Shown here: positions 1-10,649 of the stretch, in pieces
Position numbering within the stretch: the first letter of the stretch is position 1
How the letters are laid out: every line of letters starts with the position of its first letter
NCBI GenBank assembly: GCA_021814145.1
Contig: JAKAIY010000001.1
Span: 18,094-82,093, forward strand
DNA length: 64,000 nt
From: Chloroflexota bacterium
GTDB lineage: Bacteria; Chloroflexota; Ktedonobacteria; Ktedonobacterales; JADMIN01
Reading direction: 5' to 3'
Program-made: the position numbers and the translations under genes
Notes under the pieces: model-generated
Told to the model about the DNA's origin: nothing
What the model saw: only the letters and a program-made list of their open reading frames with translations
Database searches by the model: none

Positions 1-949
1 GATCTTCCCGGAAACGGCCCTCGTCTACAGCCTGGCGTAGATTGCGGTTGGTCGCCGCCATCACGCGCACATCCACTTTAACGGGCTCCGTGCCGCCGAC
101 GCGTTCGAATTGCTGGTCCTGTAGCACGCGCAGCAGCTTCGCCTGGAGGTGTGGGCTCATCTCCCCAATCTCATCCAGCAGGATCGCGCCGCGATGCGCG
201 ACTTCGAAATAGCCCTTGTGCTGGGACAGCGCGCCCGTGAACGCGCCTTTTTCATGGCCAAAGAGCAGGCTTTCGAGCAGCGATTCCGGCTGGGCGGCGC
301 AGTTGATCTTGATGAGCGGATTCGAGCGCCGGTCGGAGCGGGCATGGATCTCCTCAGCGATCATCTCTTTGCCCACGCCGGTTTCGCCGGTGATGACGAT
401 CGTCGTGGTGGTCCGCGCGACCAGCCCCACCAGCTTGAAGACCTCGATCATCTGGGGGGAGACGCCGACGATCCGCTCCGAGCGGTCCACGCTCTTGGTC
501 AGGAATTCCACCACGCTCTCGCCGCGCTTGAGCTGGGCATACTCGAATTCGTGGCGGATGGCGCTTACTACCGTTTCCACATCGTCGAAAGGCTTGCCCA
601 GATAGTTCGCCGCGCCACCCTGAATGGCTTGCGTGGCCATCTCGCCATTCGCCACGCCGGTCATCATGATGACTGGCGCTTCTATACCTTTGTCCTTGAG
701 CTGACGCAGCACGCTCAAGCCATCCACATCCATCCGGTAGTCAAGTAAAATGACATCAGGCCGCCTGGGACCCGATGCGGTCGCGCGCGCGATAGTCTCA
801 GCGCCACTGCTCGCTTCAGTGACGGTGAAGCCGGTATCTTCGAGCGAATCCCGCAACGATGCGCGCAGATCACAATCGTCATCAGCGATGAGCACATGGA
901 GCGCATTTCCATCTAACCCACCGGCTTCGACGCTAAATCCTGACCCCAT
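1..949 (-). CDS. sigma-54-dependent response regulator (NtrC family); 3' end runs off the window
   Basis: Absent from the ORF track because it is open at the window edge. Reverse-strand translation from ATG 949 gives [41 protein letters not shown] (receiver). It continues with the AAA+ motifs [10 protein letters not shown] (Walker A), [10 protein letters not shown] (GAFTGA sigma-54 contact loop) and [31 protein letters not shown] (Walker B region). The + ORF 149..748 is its antisense shadow. Confidence 0.85.
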   Translation of the reverse strand, partial: MGSGFSVEAGGLDGNALHVLIADDDCDLRASLRDSLEDTGFTVTEASSGAETIARATASGPRRPDVILLDYRMDVDGLSVLRQLKDKGIEAPVIMMTGVANGEMATQAIQGGAANYLGKPFDDVETVVSAIRHEFEYAQLKRGESVVEFLTKSVDRSERIVGVSPQMIEVFKLVGLVARTTTTIVITGETGVGKEMIAEEIHARSDRRSNPLIKINCAAQPESLLESLLFGHEKGAFTGALSQHKGYFEVAHRGAILLDEIGEMSPHLQAKLLRVLQDQQFERVGGTEPVKVDVRVMAATNRNLRQAVDEGRFRED

Positions 950-1235
950 CTTCCTAAAGCCCCTCCCTAACGGTAGAGTCTCCCTGACCCCGTCATTAGC
1001 GTGTCTCCACGAGCGTATCTCCACGCCACCACTGAGCGTGGTTTCACTTTTACGCGCGCGAAGGCGATGGCGCCGTCAAAGCAGCGACAATGTTCCTTGC
1101 CAGGTTCTCCGTGCGTGTTCTGGCGATACCTCTTGCTTGCGCGTCAATTTATCACCAGACAAGGTGATTGTATATCTCTCCACTCCGCAATTCGCAAGCG
1201 AGGAAAGGCCGATGCGCTATCCGCTGAATGGCGTA

Positions 1236-2519
1236 TCAGGCGGATGGATGGGGTAGATGAGCTGGCAGTCGCAGAGTAAAAATCGCTCCTTGCGCTCGCG
1301 CCGCTTTCCGGTTGCGCACGAGTAACTCGCCGCCGTGCGCCTCAGCGATGCCGCAGGTGATGAACAGCCCTAGCCCGCTGCCCGAGACATCGCTCGCATT
1401 CGTCTCCAGCCGGATGAAAGGCTCCGTGATGCGGCGCATCTGGTCCTCCGGAATGCCCGCGCCATAGTCGCCGATGCTGATGAAGACCTCATCGCGCTCG
1501 CGCCAGATTCGCGCCTCAATAGCGCCATCGGGCGCGGAGTATTTCACCGCGTTGTCCAGCAGATTGCGTGTCGCCTGCTGGACGCGGTCGCTATCCACGG
1601 CGATGACAACCGGGTCGTCAGGGCGTTCCAGCGTGAATGCGCGTTCCTTGACAATCGCCCGGAAATCCGCGACGAGATCCGCGACAAGCTGCGCGACATC
1701 GCATAGCTCGACGCGCAGCGTGAACTGGCCCGCGCTCAGCCTTGTCGCTGTTTGCAGGTCGCCCACCAGCCGGTTCAGCCGCTGCGCGTTCTCGATGACA
1801 CTATCCATGAATTCATCGCGTTTGCTCGCATCGAGTGTGGGCCGCTTGGCGAGTTGCGCATAGTTGATGATAGGGTTGAGGGGACCGCGCATCTCATGGG
1901 CGACCATCTGAATGAATCGCTGGTGCTGTTCCTGGGTGTCGCGGAGGCGCTGGTTGGCCTCCTCCAGCTGGCGCACTTTGCGCTCAAGCTCCGCTGTGGC
2001 GTCGGCGACCTGCCGCCGCAGCGTCTCATTGACGCGCGTCAACTCGGCATGCGCGGCTTGCAGCTCGGTGACGCGCGCATCCAGATCACGCTGGAGCTGG
2101 CGTCGTTCCAGCGCGCCACGCATGGTCAGGCTGAGCTCCTCGGCGTCCACCGGCTTCATGAGATAGTTATACGCGCCAGCGCGCAAGGCCAGCAGCGCCG
2201 AATCAAGCGCGGTATAGGTGGCGAGCGCGATGCGCGTCGCGTCTGGCGCCAGCCGCGCGGCTTCCGCCAGGGCTGTCGCTCCGCCCACAGTGAGTTGCGT
2301 ATCAGCCAGAACAAGATCGAAGGCGCGCTCGCTCAGCAGGCGGGTAACCGTCTCGCTATCTGACGCTAGCGCCACCTGAAGCCCTTCGCGCCGCAAGAGC
2401 GCTCCCAGTGTGCGCAGTGTCGCGGTATCCGCGTCGGCGATCAGCGCATGTGGAACCTGGCCAGGCCAGGAACTGGCCGCCGGCGCTCCACTGATTCGCC
2501 GTGATGAACCTGCTGGCAT
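1236..2519 (-). CDS. hybrid receiver/histidine kinase (REC - coiled coil - HisKA - HATPase_c), with no TM or obvious sensor domain
   Basis: 427-aa ORF. N-terminal receiver-like region (HALIADADTATLRTL...FDLVLADTQL), H-box FIQMVAHEMRGPLNPI, and ATPase boxes GDYGAGIPED and GSGLGLFITCGIAEAHGG. It lies immediately upstream of the NtrC-like gene on the same strand. Confidence 0.85.
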   Translation of the reverse strand: MPAGSSRRISGAPAASSWPGQVPHALIADADTATLRTLGALLRREGLQVALASDSETVTRLLSERAFDLVLADTQLTVGGATALAEAARLAPDATRIALATYTALDSALLALRAGAYNYLMKPVDAEELSLTMRGALERRQLQRDLDARVTELQAAHAELTRVNETLRRQVADATAELERKVRQLEEANQRLRDTQEQHQRFIQMVAHEMRGPLNPIINYAQLAKRPTLDASKRDEFMDSVIENAQRLNRLVGDLQTATRLSAGQFTLRVELCDVAQLVADLVADFRAIVKERAFTLERPDDPVVIAVDSDRVQQATRNLLDNAVKYSAPDGAIEARIWRERDEVFISIGDYGAGIPEDQMRRITEPFIRLETNASDVSGSGLGLFITCGIAEAHGGELLVRNRKAARAQGAIFTLRLPAHLPHPSA

Positions 2520-2713
2520 CTAGGCCTCGCTTTGCATGGCGCGCGGGCGATGTGACGAGACTGTCGTGCGCGTGAGAACCGCCGGTCTCCGCCGGGCGCG
2601 CCCTGAATTTCTACCTAATAGTGTCCCATATTCTCTCAAGGCGCCTGCAAGGACTAGTACCAACGCCGTTCGGCGCTCACCCCGCGTGAGCGCCGGTCGC
2701 GCGCGGGGTCGCG

Positions 2714-2745
2714 TGCTATAATCGGGCGTTGGCGGCTCTTTGCCA
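2714..2745 (+). promoter_or_regulatory. candidate promoter elements upstream of the acyl-CoA dehydrogenase gene
   Basis: Extended -10-like TGcTATAAT at 2714..2722. It is followed at 2730..2744 by TGGCGG-CTCT-TTGCC, which resembles a sigma-54 -24/-12 element but has a spacer one nt shorter than TGGCAC-N5-TTGC. Sequence match only. Confidence 0.25.
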
Positions 2746-2858
2746 CGCCATGACAGGCCGGGTTACGATGGGGTGATCAGGTCATGAAGCGATAGGCTGG
2801 TTGAGGCGGGGCCACGCTAGCCCGTGGTTGTTCCCCCGCCAGCGGGAGATGCACCGAT

Positions 2859-4010
2859 ATGGACTTCACGCTCAACGATGAGCAGACAATGATCCGCGAC
2901 ATGTGCCGTGAATTCGCTGAAGAAGAGATCAAGCCGCGCGCCGAAGAGATGGACCGCACGGCTGAATTTCCCTATGAGATCGTGCGCAAGATGGGTGGCC
3001 TGGGGCTGCTGGGGCTGCCGTTCCCTGAAGAGGAAGGCGGCGCGGGCGCGGACTTTCTCTCGTACTGCGTCGCGCTTGAGGAGATCGGGCGCGGCGACGC
3101 TTCCGTCGGCATTACGATGGAGGCCCACATCTCTCTCGGCGCGACGCCATTTCATCTCTTCGGCTCCGAGGAGCAGAAGCGGCGCTACCTCATCCCACTG
3201 GCGCGTGGTGAGAAACTCTGGTCGTTTGGACTGACTGAGCCGAACGCCGGATCGGATTCTGGTGGCACGGAAACCCACGCCGAGCGTGAAGGAGATCAGT
3301 GGCGCATCAATGGCTCGAAGTCGTTTATCACGAACGCCGGCACCGAGATGAGCGGCGGCGTCACGATTACCGCCGTGACCGGATGGGAGGCGAATGGCCA
3401 TAAACAGATCACGAACTTCATCGTGCCACGCGGGACACCGGGCTATGAGATTGGCGCCGCCTATCACAAGATGGGCTGGCGGGCCTCTGATACACGCCCG
3501 CTGTCATTCCAGGATTGTCTGGTGGCCGACGAGCAGCGGCTGGGCGAGCCAGGGGACGGCTTCCACCAGTTCATGACGATTCTCGACGCGGGGCGGGTAG
3601 CGATCTCGGCGCTCAATGTTGGCCTGGCGCAAGCCTGTTTTGAGGAGTCATTGAAGTATTCGCGCGAGCGCAAGCAGTTTGGCCGTCCCATCTCCGCGTT
3701 CCAGGCGATTCAGTTCAAGCTAGCCGATATGGCTATGGAAATTGAGCTATCGCGTTTAATGTATTACAAGGCCGCTTGGCTTCATATGCGGAATCTGCCA
3801 TATGGACGCGAAGCCTCGATGGCGAAGCTCTACTCATCCGAGACGGCCAAGCGGTGCGCCGACCAGGCGGTGCAGATTCACGGTGGGTATGGCTTTATGG
3901 ACGAATATCCAGTCTCGCGCTTCTGGCGCAATGTCAAGGTGCATGAGATTGGCGAAGGCACCAGCGAAGTGCAGCGCTCACTGATCGCGAAGAGCCTGCT
4001 GCGTTCCTGA
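2859..4010 (+). CDS. acyl-CoA dehydrogenase (short/medium-chain type)
   Basis: 383-aa ORF with GGGAGA upstream of the ATG. Family-typical stretches: FGLTEPNAGSD, ITNFIVPRGTPGYEIG and QIHGGYGFMDEYPVSRFWRNVKVHEIGEGTSEVQR. Confidence 0.9.
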   Translation: MDFTLNDEQTMIRDMCREFAEEEIKPRAEEMDRTAEFPYEIVRKMGGLGLLGLPFPEEEGGAGADFLSYCVALEEIGRGDASVGITMEAHISLGATPFHLFGSEEQKRRYLIPLARGEKLWSFGLTEPNAGSDSGGTETHAEREGDQWRINGSKSFITNAGTEMSGGVTITAVTGWEANGHKQITNFIVPRGTPGYEIGAAYHKMGWRASDTRPLSFQDCLVADEQRLGEPGDGFHQFMTILDAGRVAISALNVGLAQACFEESLKYSRERKQFGRPISAFQAIQFKLADMAMEIELSRLMYYKAAWLHMRNLPYGREASMAKLYSSETAKRCADQAVQIHGGYGFMDEYPVSRFWRNVKVHEIGEGTSEVQRSLIAKSLLRS

Positions 4011-4063
4011 GTGGTGCGATTAACGAGCGCGGGCGTCAGACGCGCCAGCGTTGGCCTTGTGGG

Positions 4064-5032
4064 GTGGACGTTATGCGAACCATCACGCGAACTGGTGTGA
4101 CGTTGGGCGTCGTCGCCGCGCTCGCTCTCTATGGCGTACAACTTGTGGCCGCGCTGGACGCCGCGCTGGGCCTCATCCTGACGGGCGTTCTGGCCGGACT
4201 GAGCGTCGCGAAGTGGCTGCAGCGCGACTGGTACGGACGCCAGTTTGAAGCGGGCGCCCGCGCGGGCGTTATCGCCTGTGGAGTGAGCGGGTTGAGCGCG
4301 CTGCTGTACCTCCTGGGACAAGGGCCGCGCTCGCTGCCTGAGCTTGCCGCTCGCTCCCAACTGGCTGGCGTGGACCTCACGCCGCTGATCCTCCCACTTG
4401 GAGAATTAGGCTGGGCTGGGGTGGATATGGTCGTCATCTTTGGGGCGGCTGTTCTGGGTGTGGTGTGCTCCGCTCTGATCGCGCAGATCGTGGGATGGAG
4501 CAAGAGCGGGCGCGCGGCGCGTGTGGTCGCGCAGGCCCGGCTTGCCGCGCAGGCGCTCCAGCGCGTGGATGCGCGTGGAGTGACCGCTGGTCCGCGCTCC
4601 AGCACGGCAGGCCCCCAGTTGTACGCCTCTGGCGCGCCTATCACGTCGGCCTCGCGCGTGGCGAGTGATTGGGACGGGCTAGGTCTCCCAGACGCATCGT
4701 CCCCAGCGGCGCCGCGCTCGTGGCGTTCAGCCGCTCCCGCGCCGCAATCCGCTCCTGCTCCCCGTCCCGACGCAATCCACCGCCCCTCGGATGCGCGCTC
4801 AGCCAACGAGACGCTGAGCGATGAGGCGCGCGCCGCGCTCAGCAGTTGGGAAGAAGAGCTTGACGAGTCTGACGGGTTTGAAGGGCTGAGCGGGTTTGAT
4901 GATGGCGACGCCGACAAGGCGGAGACGGAGAAAGCGCGCACGCCTACCCCGTCAGGGTTTCTTACCTCTCCACCGCCTGTCAAGCCCAGCAACAGGCGCA
5001 AGCGCCAGGACACGAACGACTGGCTCTGTTAG
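4064..5032 (+). CDS. hypothetical membrane protein with a Pro/Ala-rich and acidic C-terminal tail
   Basis: 322-aa ORF. The N-terminal half has several hydrophobic helices (GVTLGVVAALALYGVQLVAAL, VVIFGAAVLGVVCSALIAQIV). The C-terminal half is low-complexity. No family recognised. The competing antisense ORF 4129..5013 is R/S/A-rich and judged spurious. Confidence 0.5.
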   Translation: MDVMRTITRTGVTLGVVAALALYGVQLVAALDAALGLILTGVLAGLSVAKWLQRDWYGRQFEAGARAGVIACGVSGLSALLYLLGQGPRSLPELAARSQLAGVDLTPLILPLGELGWAGVDMVVIFGAAVLGVVCSALIAQIVGWSKSGRAARVVAQARLAAQALQRVDARGVTAGPRSSTAGPQLYASGAPITSASRVASDWDGLGLPDASSPAAPRSWRSAAPAPQSAPAPRPDAIHRPSDARSANETLSDEARAALSSWEEELDESDGFEGLSGFDDGDADKAETEKARTPTPSGFLTSPPPVKPSNRRKRQDTNDWLC

Positions 5033-5070
5033 CCTGGCGTCCGCGCGGGCGCCGCGCGCCTGATCGCTGA

Positions 5071-5871
5071 CTACGAACCGGCGCCCGGCTGTGGTGTCCC
5101 TATCCGCGGCGTTCCCGGCTGCGGTGTCCCTGAGACGCGCGGGCCGAACGGAAGCAGATCGAGGTTAATCCACTGATTCTGGTAATACGCCTCCAGATGC
5201 ATGACAGGCGCGATAGCCCAGGTGGTGGAGCGGTTGGGGCCGACGAGCGGTGACGGCTCCTGGTAATAGAGCAGATATCCTGAGACGCGCACAATTTGCC
5301 CGACGATACGGCGCATCGTGTAGTCCGTCCATCCGGGGCGCTGCGCGATCATCTGGGGTGTGATGAGGACGACAAGCGTGGTGTTAATCGCGTCGCCCGC
5401 GCTTGTGCCAACCCACAGCGCCCAATCGCGGTTTGTGGCGGAATCGCAGTTCGCCGGATCTGGCCCGAGACGCCGCGACGCGACAATCCATCCCGTCGTG
5501 CGAATCGCCGCTCCTTCGTACAGTCCAATTCGCTTCGCCTCATCCGCCGTCCAGGCGCTGCGGGGTTTGTTTTCAGCCTGGGGCGTCGTGGGAGTAGCCA
5601 TGACCGTGGCGATATCGGTTTGCCGGTAGCCTCCGGGAGGCGCGTCATCGGTGCGGTTGAGCAGCGTATTCATCGCCGGATCACCGCCCTGGCCTTGGGG
5701 CGGGCAGTTCTGGAAAGCTTGCGCGATGGGCGTTGCGCGCGCCATGTCGGGCGGCAAATAGTTCGTGTTGGATCCGCCAATCGTGTTGAGGACGCCACAC
5801 CCTGAAAGTGTTACGGTGAGGGTCGAGCCGAGCGCGAGCAGAATGAGAGGGGCAAGAAACCGGGTTCGCAT
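5071..5871 (-). CDS. hypothetical lipoprotein
   Basis: From ATG 5871 the product starts MRTRFLAPLILLALGSTLTVTLSGC (signal peptide plus lipobox). The longest ORF would start at 6003, but that extension lacks a signal peptide. No family recognised. Same strand, downstream of the ABC transporter genes. Confidence 0.6.
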   Translation of the reverse strand: MRTRFLAPLILLALGSTLTVTLSGCGVLNTIGGSNTNYLPPDMARATPIAQAFQNCPPQGQGGDPAMNTLLNRTDDAPPGGYRQTDIATVMATPTTPQAENKPRSAWTADEAKRIGLYEGAAIRTTGWIVASRRLGPDPANCDSATNRDWALWVGTSAGDAINTTLVVLITPQMIAQRPGWTDYTMRRIVGQIVRVSGYLLYYQEPSPLVGPNRSTTWAIAPVMHLEAYYQNQWINLDLLPFGPRVSGTPQPGTPRIGTPQPGAGS

Positions 5872-6128
5872 GAGAGAACGCCTAACTTTCGCGACATCCG
5901 CTATGAAGGGCCAGTATGGATCGGGCGCCCCGCGAAGAGCGAGCCAGACCCAACCGCCAGACATGCCGGAAGGTCTCTCTGTGCGCACTGGCGGTGGCGT
6001 CACCCCGACGCTAGGGACAATGCCACAGGCGGCGGCGGGCCGTCAACTCGGTAGCCTTCGCGTGTCGCCATACTGACCTGAGGTCTTCCTGAGATCGCCC
6101 TTGGGGGCAATTCGCGTGTAACACGCTC

Positions 6129-7004
6129 TTACCGCTCCCGCGCGGCGTCTTGTCGCGGCCCGGCCAATACCCCAACTGGCCAGAGCTCCACATGATCTGC
6201 CGCCACATGCACACGCGCGCGCCCATCGAACGGGATCGTGTCTAGTGCGGAGCGGGGAATCTGCAGCCGTCCCACGCCGTCAATAATGACTGTTTCCTCG
6301 GTTGTCTCGGCATGGCGCACTTCGGTGCTTGTCCGCCCGTCGCGGATGGCGACAGAGCGATCCATCGCCTCGGCGACATGGAGATCGTGCGTCACGACGA
6401 TGGTCGTCAGCCCCAGCTCCGCGTTAAGCCGTCGCAGCAGCTTGAGCACTTCGCCCGCGGTGACACTATCAAGTTCGCCCGTTGGCTCATCCGCGAGCAG
6501 AAGAGGAGGCTCGTTCGCCAGCGCCACGGCCAGCGCGCCGCGCTGCTGCTCGCCGCCGGAGAGCCGCACGGGCTTATGGTCGAGCCGGTCGCCCAGGCCA
6601 ACGAGCCCCAGCAGCTCTTTCGCGCGATTGCGGCGGCGTCCGGCTGGATAGCCAGCCAGCATCATAGGCGTGATTACATTGTCGAGGAGGGTCATGTCAC
6701 TGAGCAGATTCCGGCTCGTTTGCTGCCAGACATGGCCGACGATGCGCCGCCGGTAGAGCAGCCGCTCGCGCCGTGTCAGCCGGGTGAGGTCCACGCCTGC
6801 CACTTCGCAGCGGCCCGCGCTGGGCTCGTCCAGCCCGCCCAGGATGTTGAGCAGTGTGCTTTTGCCCGCGCCAGATGGCCCGACCAGCGCCAGCATCTCC
6901 CCGCGCGGCACGCGCAGATCGAGTCCCTGAAGGGCCACGACCTCAAGGTCATTCGCCTTGTAGATTTTTACCAGGTTGTGGCTCTCGACGAGTATTTCCG
7001 CCAC
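6129..7004 (-). CDS. ABC transporter ATP-binding protein (MacB/LolD/FtsE-like)
   Basis: Walker A GPSGAGKSTLLN, signature LSGGEQQR, Walker B LLLADEPTGELD, H-loop VVTHD. GTG start at 7004. About 65 aa of C-terminal extension. Confidence 0.9.
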   Translation of the reverse strand: MAEILVESHNLVKIYKANDLEVVALQGLDLRVPRGEMLALVGPSGAGKSTLLNILGGLDEPSAGRCEVAGVDLTRLTRRERLLYRRRIVGHVWQQTSRNLLSDMTLLDNVITPMMLAGYPAGRRRNRAKELLGLVGLGDRLDHKPVRLSGGEQQRGALAVALANEPPLLLADEPTGELDSVTAGEVLKLLRRLNAELGLTTIVVTHDLHVAEAMDRSVAIRDGRTSTEVRHAETTEETVIIDGVGRLQIPRSALDTIPFDGRARVHVAADHVELWPVGVLAGPRQDAARER

Positions 7005-7061
7005 GCTATCGCCGTCCCCTCTCAGGTCTATTCGTTTATCATCGCAAATAGCGTCACTGGC

Positions 7062-10000
7062 TTAGTCCTCACCCAGGCGGAGCGCGCTACCCAGACCGAC
7101 CCTCGCCGCATAGCGCGCCGCGATGAGCAGCGCCACCGCGAACGCTACGAGCAGTGAGCCGTAGAAGATCGCCAGCCCGCCCGGATTTGTGATGAGCGTA
7201 TAAGGTGGCGTTCCGAGCAGGGAGGGATCTACTGGCCGGTCGCTGAACTGGAGGAAGGGCAAGGTGGCGGTTACGAGCAGCGCGCCCAAGGCTGTGCCGC
7301 CAATCAGCCCAAACAGGTAAATAATCGTCTGCTCGCTCAGCAGAATCTTGATCAACTGGCTGTTTCCGACCCCGAGTGTCCGCAGGACAGCGAACTGGGT
7401 GGACCGCTGGCGCGCGGCCAGGCCTGATTGTACAAGCGCTCCCAGGATCGCGAGCGCCGCCGCCATGATCGCGCCGACCAGGAGAAGCCCGCGCATTCCT
7501 GAGCTGACAGGATTCGTGCTTGCGGCCGCCAGGGTGTCGCGCAAGCTCACGATGCTCTTGTTATCCAGCAGGCCGCTTTGTTGGGCGACGTACTGCTTTA
7601 GCGCGCCCTCATGCGCGGCGGAGCCATCTGTGCGCAGCCAGAACTCGTTAGGGCCGACCGGCTGGTTAGAGCCCGCGTTTCCAGTGGTGACGGCGCGAGT
7701 GAAATCCGCGTCGTTGATAATCGCGAAGCCTGCCGGATACTGGTTCGGGTAGAGCGTGGGGAAGTCGCGCACGATCGCCCCGACCACAAAGCTGGTCGAG
7801 CCGAAGAAGCTCTCTTCCAGCGATAGTGAGAAGTGATCGCCTACTTTCAGCGCGTACTGCTGCGCGAAGCTCTGGCTGACCAGCGCCCAGACAGGCGTTC
7901 CAGCGCCGGACGTTGGGGTTGAATTGGTCCTCAGCCCGGACATAAGGGCGCTGAAAGACTGGTCGGCGTAATCAGAGCGCCAGGAGGTCGAGCCCACTAC
8001 CTGCGCGAAGGTGGTGGGGTCAATCGCGAGAAGCGCCAGCGATTCTGAGCCCTGGTCGGGCGTTGTGCTGGCTACTGTGCGATAGACCGGAGAGACTCCC
8101 GTAACGCCTGGCTGGCTGCTATAGGCGGCCTCAATACGTGTAGCGAGGGCCTGTGGTTCAGGGAAGTTCTGGATCATGCGCACGTCCGCGCCCGCGCTGT
8201 ACGCGGACGTGTCGTAGACGTTGCGCGCCAGCGAGGCGTTGAACGAAATGGCGAAGATGCCAAGGCCCACGGCGAGTGTCAGCAGGAGCGTCATGCGCAG
8301 GTATTTCGTTGGTGTGCGTTCGACCTGCGCGAACGCCAGCATGGCGCTGATTCCACGTCCACGCGACGCCAGCCGCTCGCCTAGCGAGGCCACAAATGGC
8401 GCGACGCGCAGGATGAGCAGCGCTCCACCCAGCAGCAGGAGCGCAGGTGACAGCAGGAGCAGAGGGCTTGACGAGCCCCCTGGCAATTGCGCACGGACGC
8501 TTGTGTCGCCAAACTGCCCCAGCTCGACATAGCCAATCGCGCAGAGGGCGACCAGCACGAGGTCGAGATAATATCGCGCCCAGAGAGGCTGGCGTCTTTG
8601 CCGTCCCTGCTCACGCCGGAACGCCAGGACATCCAGTCGCGCCATCTGTATGGCGGAAAAGATGATCGCCCCGAGTCCGAGGAGCGCGCCAATCAACGCG
8701 GGCACAGTGACCGTTGACGGTGAGGCGAGGCGGGCCAGGTAGGATGGGTTGACGAGGAGCGAGCCTAGCGTGCTGGCGGGAATGAACGCTTTCACCAGGA
8801 AAATCGCCAGCGCGGCGGCCAGAATTGCGCCCAGGACAGCGGAGAGCGCGCCAAGTATGACTCCCTGGGTGATAAAGATCCCAAGCAGCTGGGTTCCACT
8901 CGCTCCGCGACTCTTCAGTGTCGCGATCTCCTGGTTTTGTCCTTCGATGAGCAGGCCCGCCATGGCGAAGACGAACAGCAGCGCCAGCCCGACGACCTGG
9001 CTGACGACGACGTAGAGCGGCAGCGCGAGAAGGCTTTGCTGCCCCTGAAGGCCACTGATGATCGTGTCGAGCCGGCTAATGACGCCTACTCCAGTGATCG
9101 CGGATGACGCCTGAAGGTCGCCGCTGAGCTGTGAGCGGAATTGCGCCAGATCGCTCCCATAGGCGTCCATATTATCGCTATTGATCGCAGCGGGCGATGT
9201 GTAGTAAATCCAGTTCTGCGTCAATCCAAGCTGCGGAAACGGATCCAGAACACGATAGAAGTCGCTCTGCGTGACGAGAACTGGATAGATCTTGGGGGCG
9301 CTCTGCGAGCCTCCAGCGTTGAAGGTGATGTCGTTCCAGAATGGATCGGTGGGATTCTTGGGTTGCCACACACCGACGACCGTTGCGAACACCTGATTCT
9401 GGTGTGCGCCGAATTGCCAGAAGGTAAGCGGCGAGCCAATCTTGAGGTTGTCGTCTCCCGCGAATTCGGCGGTGACGATGACCTGGATCGTTGAGCCAGA
9501 GCCACTCTGTGGCGGCCCGCCCGCCAGGAATTTCATATGCGGCAGGATGCGGCTATAGTCCCACGCCTGGAGCGTCACCTCAGGAGGCGGCGACGCGCTC
9601 CCACCGCTAAGCGGGTTCGCGGGATTGAACTTAGACGCGCCCGCCTGTCGCAAGATCAGCGCGTCGCTGACGGCGAACGCGGTGGGTGTACTGCTGGTGA
9701 ATCCACTGAGATACTGCTGCGCGAGCCGCGGCACGTGCGATTGCGCGTCCTGGCGGGCGGATTCGGAGACAAAGCTGTTGGCATAGACCTGCACGTTGCG
9801 GTCGGCGGGATCACCAGTATTGATCGCCTGTTGAAGCTGCGTGTCAATGATAAGGGCGTTGAAGAGCGGCACGGCGCAGATCAGGGTTACCGCGACCAGC
9901 ATCCCCAATCCGACCGCTGCCAGAAGCGCGCGCCCATGTGACAGCCGCGCGATGGCGAGACGCGCCGAGGGCCATACACTTGCCCGATCACTGCGCCAGG

Positions 10001-10088
10001 GGCTTCCCGGCGTCTGGCCGCCCGATCCTCCAGTCCGGACGGCTGCCGTGCGGGGCAGCGTATGCTGGTTCGCCTCATCCAGACGCAT
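7062..10088 (-). CDS. ABC transporter permease with two FtsX-type modules
   Basis: Very long ORF with two blocks of FtsX-like TM helices separated by large extracytoplasmic regions. It sits directly upstream of the ATPase gene. Start placed at ATG 10088 (AGGAGG 8 nt upstream). The longest ORF begins with TTG at 10139. Confidence 0.85.
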   Translation of the reverse strand: MRLDEANQHTLPRTAAVRTGGSGGQTPGSPWRSDRASVWPSARLAIARLSHGRALLAAVGLGMLVAVTLICAVPLFNALIIDTQLQQAINTGDPADRNVQVYANSFVSESARQDAQSHVPRLAQQYLSGFTSSTPTAFAVSDALILRQAGASKFNPANPLSGGSASPPPEVTLQAWDYSRILPHMKFLAGGPPQSGSGSTIQVIVTAEFAGDDNLKIGSPLTFWQFGAHQNQVFATVVGVWQPKNPTDPFWNDITFNAGGSQSAPKIYPVLVTQSDFYRVLDPFPQLGLTQNWIYYTSPAAINSDNMDAYGSDLAQFRSQLSGDLQASSAITGVGVISRLDTIISGLQGQQSLLALPLYVVVSQVVGLALLFVFAMAGLLIEGQNQEIATLKSRGASGTQLLGIFITQGVILGALSAVLGAILAAALAIFLVKAFIPASTLGSLLVNPSYLARLASPSTVTVPALIGALLGLGAIIFSAIQMARLDVLAFRREQGRQRRQPLWARYYLDLVLVALCAIGYVELGQFGDTSVRAQLPGGSSSPLLLLSPALLLLGGALLILRVAPFVASLGERLASRGRGISAMLAFAQVERTPTKYLRMTLLLTLAVGLGIFAISFNASLARNVYDTSAYSAGADVRMIQNFPEPQALATRIEAAYSSQPGVTGVSPVYRTVASTTPDQGSESLALLAIDPTTFAQVVGSTSWRSDYADQSFSALMSGLRTNSTPTSGAGTPVWALVSQSFAQQYALKVGDHFSLSLEESFFGSTSFVVGAIVRDFPTLYPNQYPAGFAIINDADFTRAVTTGNAGSNQPVGPNEFWLRTDGSAAHEGALKQYVAQQSGLLDNKSIVSLRDTLAAASTNPVSSGMRGLLLVGAIMAAALAILGALVQSGLAARQRSTQFAVLRTLGVGNSQLIKILLSEQTIIYLFGLIGGTALGALLVTATLPFLQFSDRPVDPSLLGTPPYTLITNPGGLAIFYGSLLVAFAVALLIAARYAARVGLGSALRLGED

Positions 10089-10610
10089 GAATGGGTCCTC
10101 CTGAATATTTTGCGCCGGCGTCATGCGGCGGCGCGGCAAACGCTGATTCAGCCCAGTAGCGCTCCCCGCGCGGCGGATGGCGGGGAAAGACGCGCGACAG
10201 TTCCCGTACAGGATACGACGTGAACAGGCCCATAATCATGACGAGGAAGCGGCGCGAAAGTTTTCTCCCAGCTTCATCGCTCTCCGCGTGGACGCTTTTC
10301 CGTCCAGCGCGCGCCGCTTTCTCACTCACACTATAGACGCTGGGCGCGCGATTCTCACCATATCCTGCCCAAACCGTACTTCCCAGTTCTCCCCCTCCAG
10401 ACGCCATGACGGTATCGTGAGCGCATCCTGCGACTATCAGAGCGCCGCCTTCCGGTATTCGTGTGCGGCGCATGGAGGAGCTACGGACCCTCATCGGGCC
10501 AGCGCTTGCCAGCGAATCGCGCGCGCCCTTTTTTCTCCCATATACCCATGCGTGTCGGGCATGGCGCGTGGAAGCTCATGGTTTTTGGCCCAGATTGGGG
10601 CATATATGGC

Positions 10611-10649
10611 GTGTGGCTGGCGGAAGATGATGACTTCCGCCAGCCACAC
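10611..10649 (-). terminator. perfect 16-bp hairpin downstream of the XRE-TPR gene (candidate U-tract-less terminator)
   Basis: GTGTGGCTGGCGGAAG-atgatga-CTTCCGCCAGCCACAC, 47 nt past the stop at 10696. No U-run follows on either strand. Confidence 0.4.
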
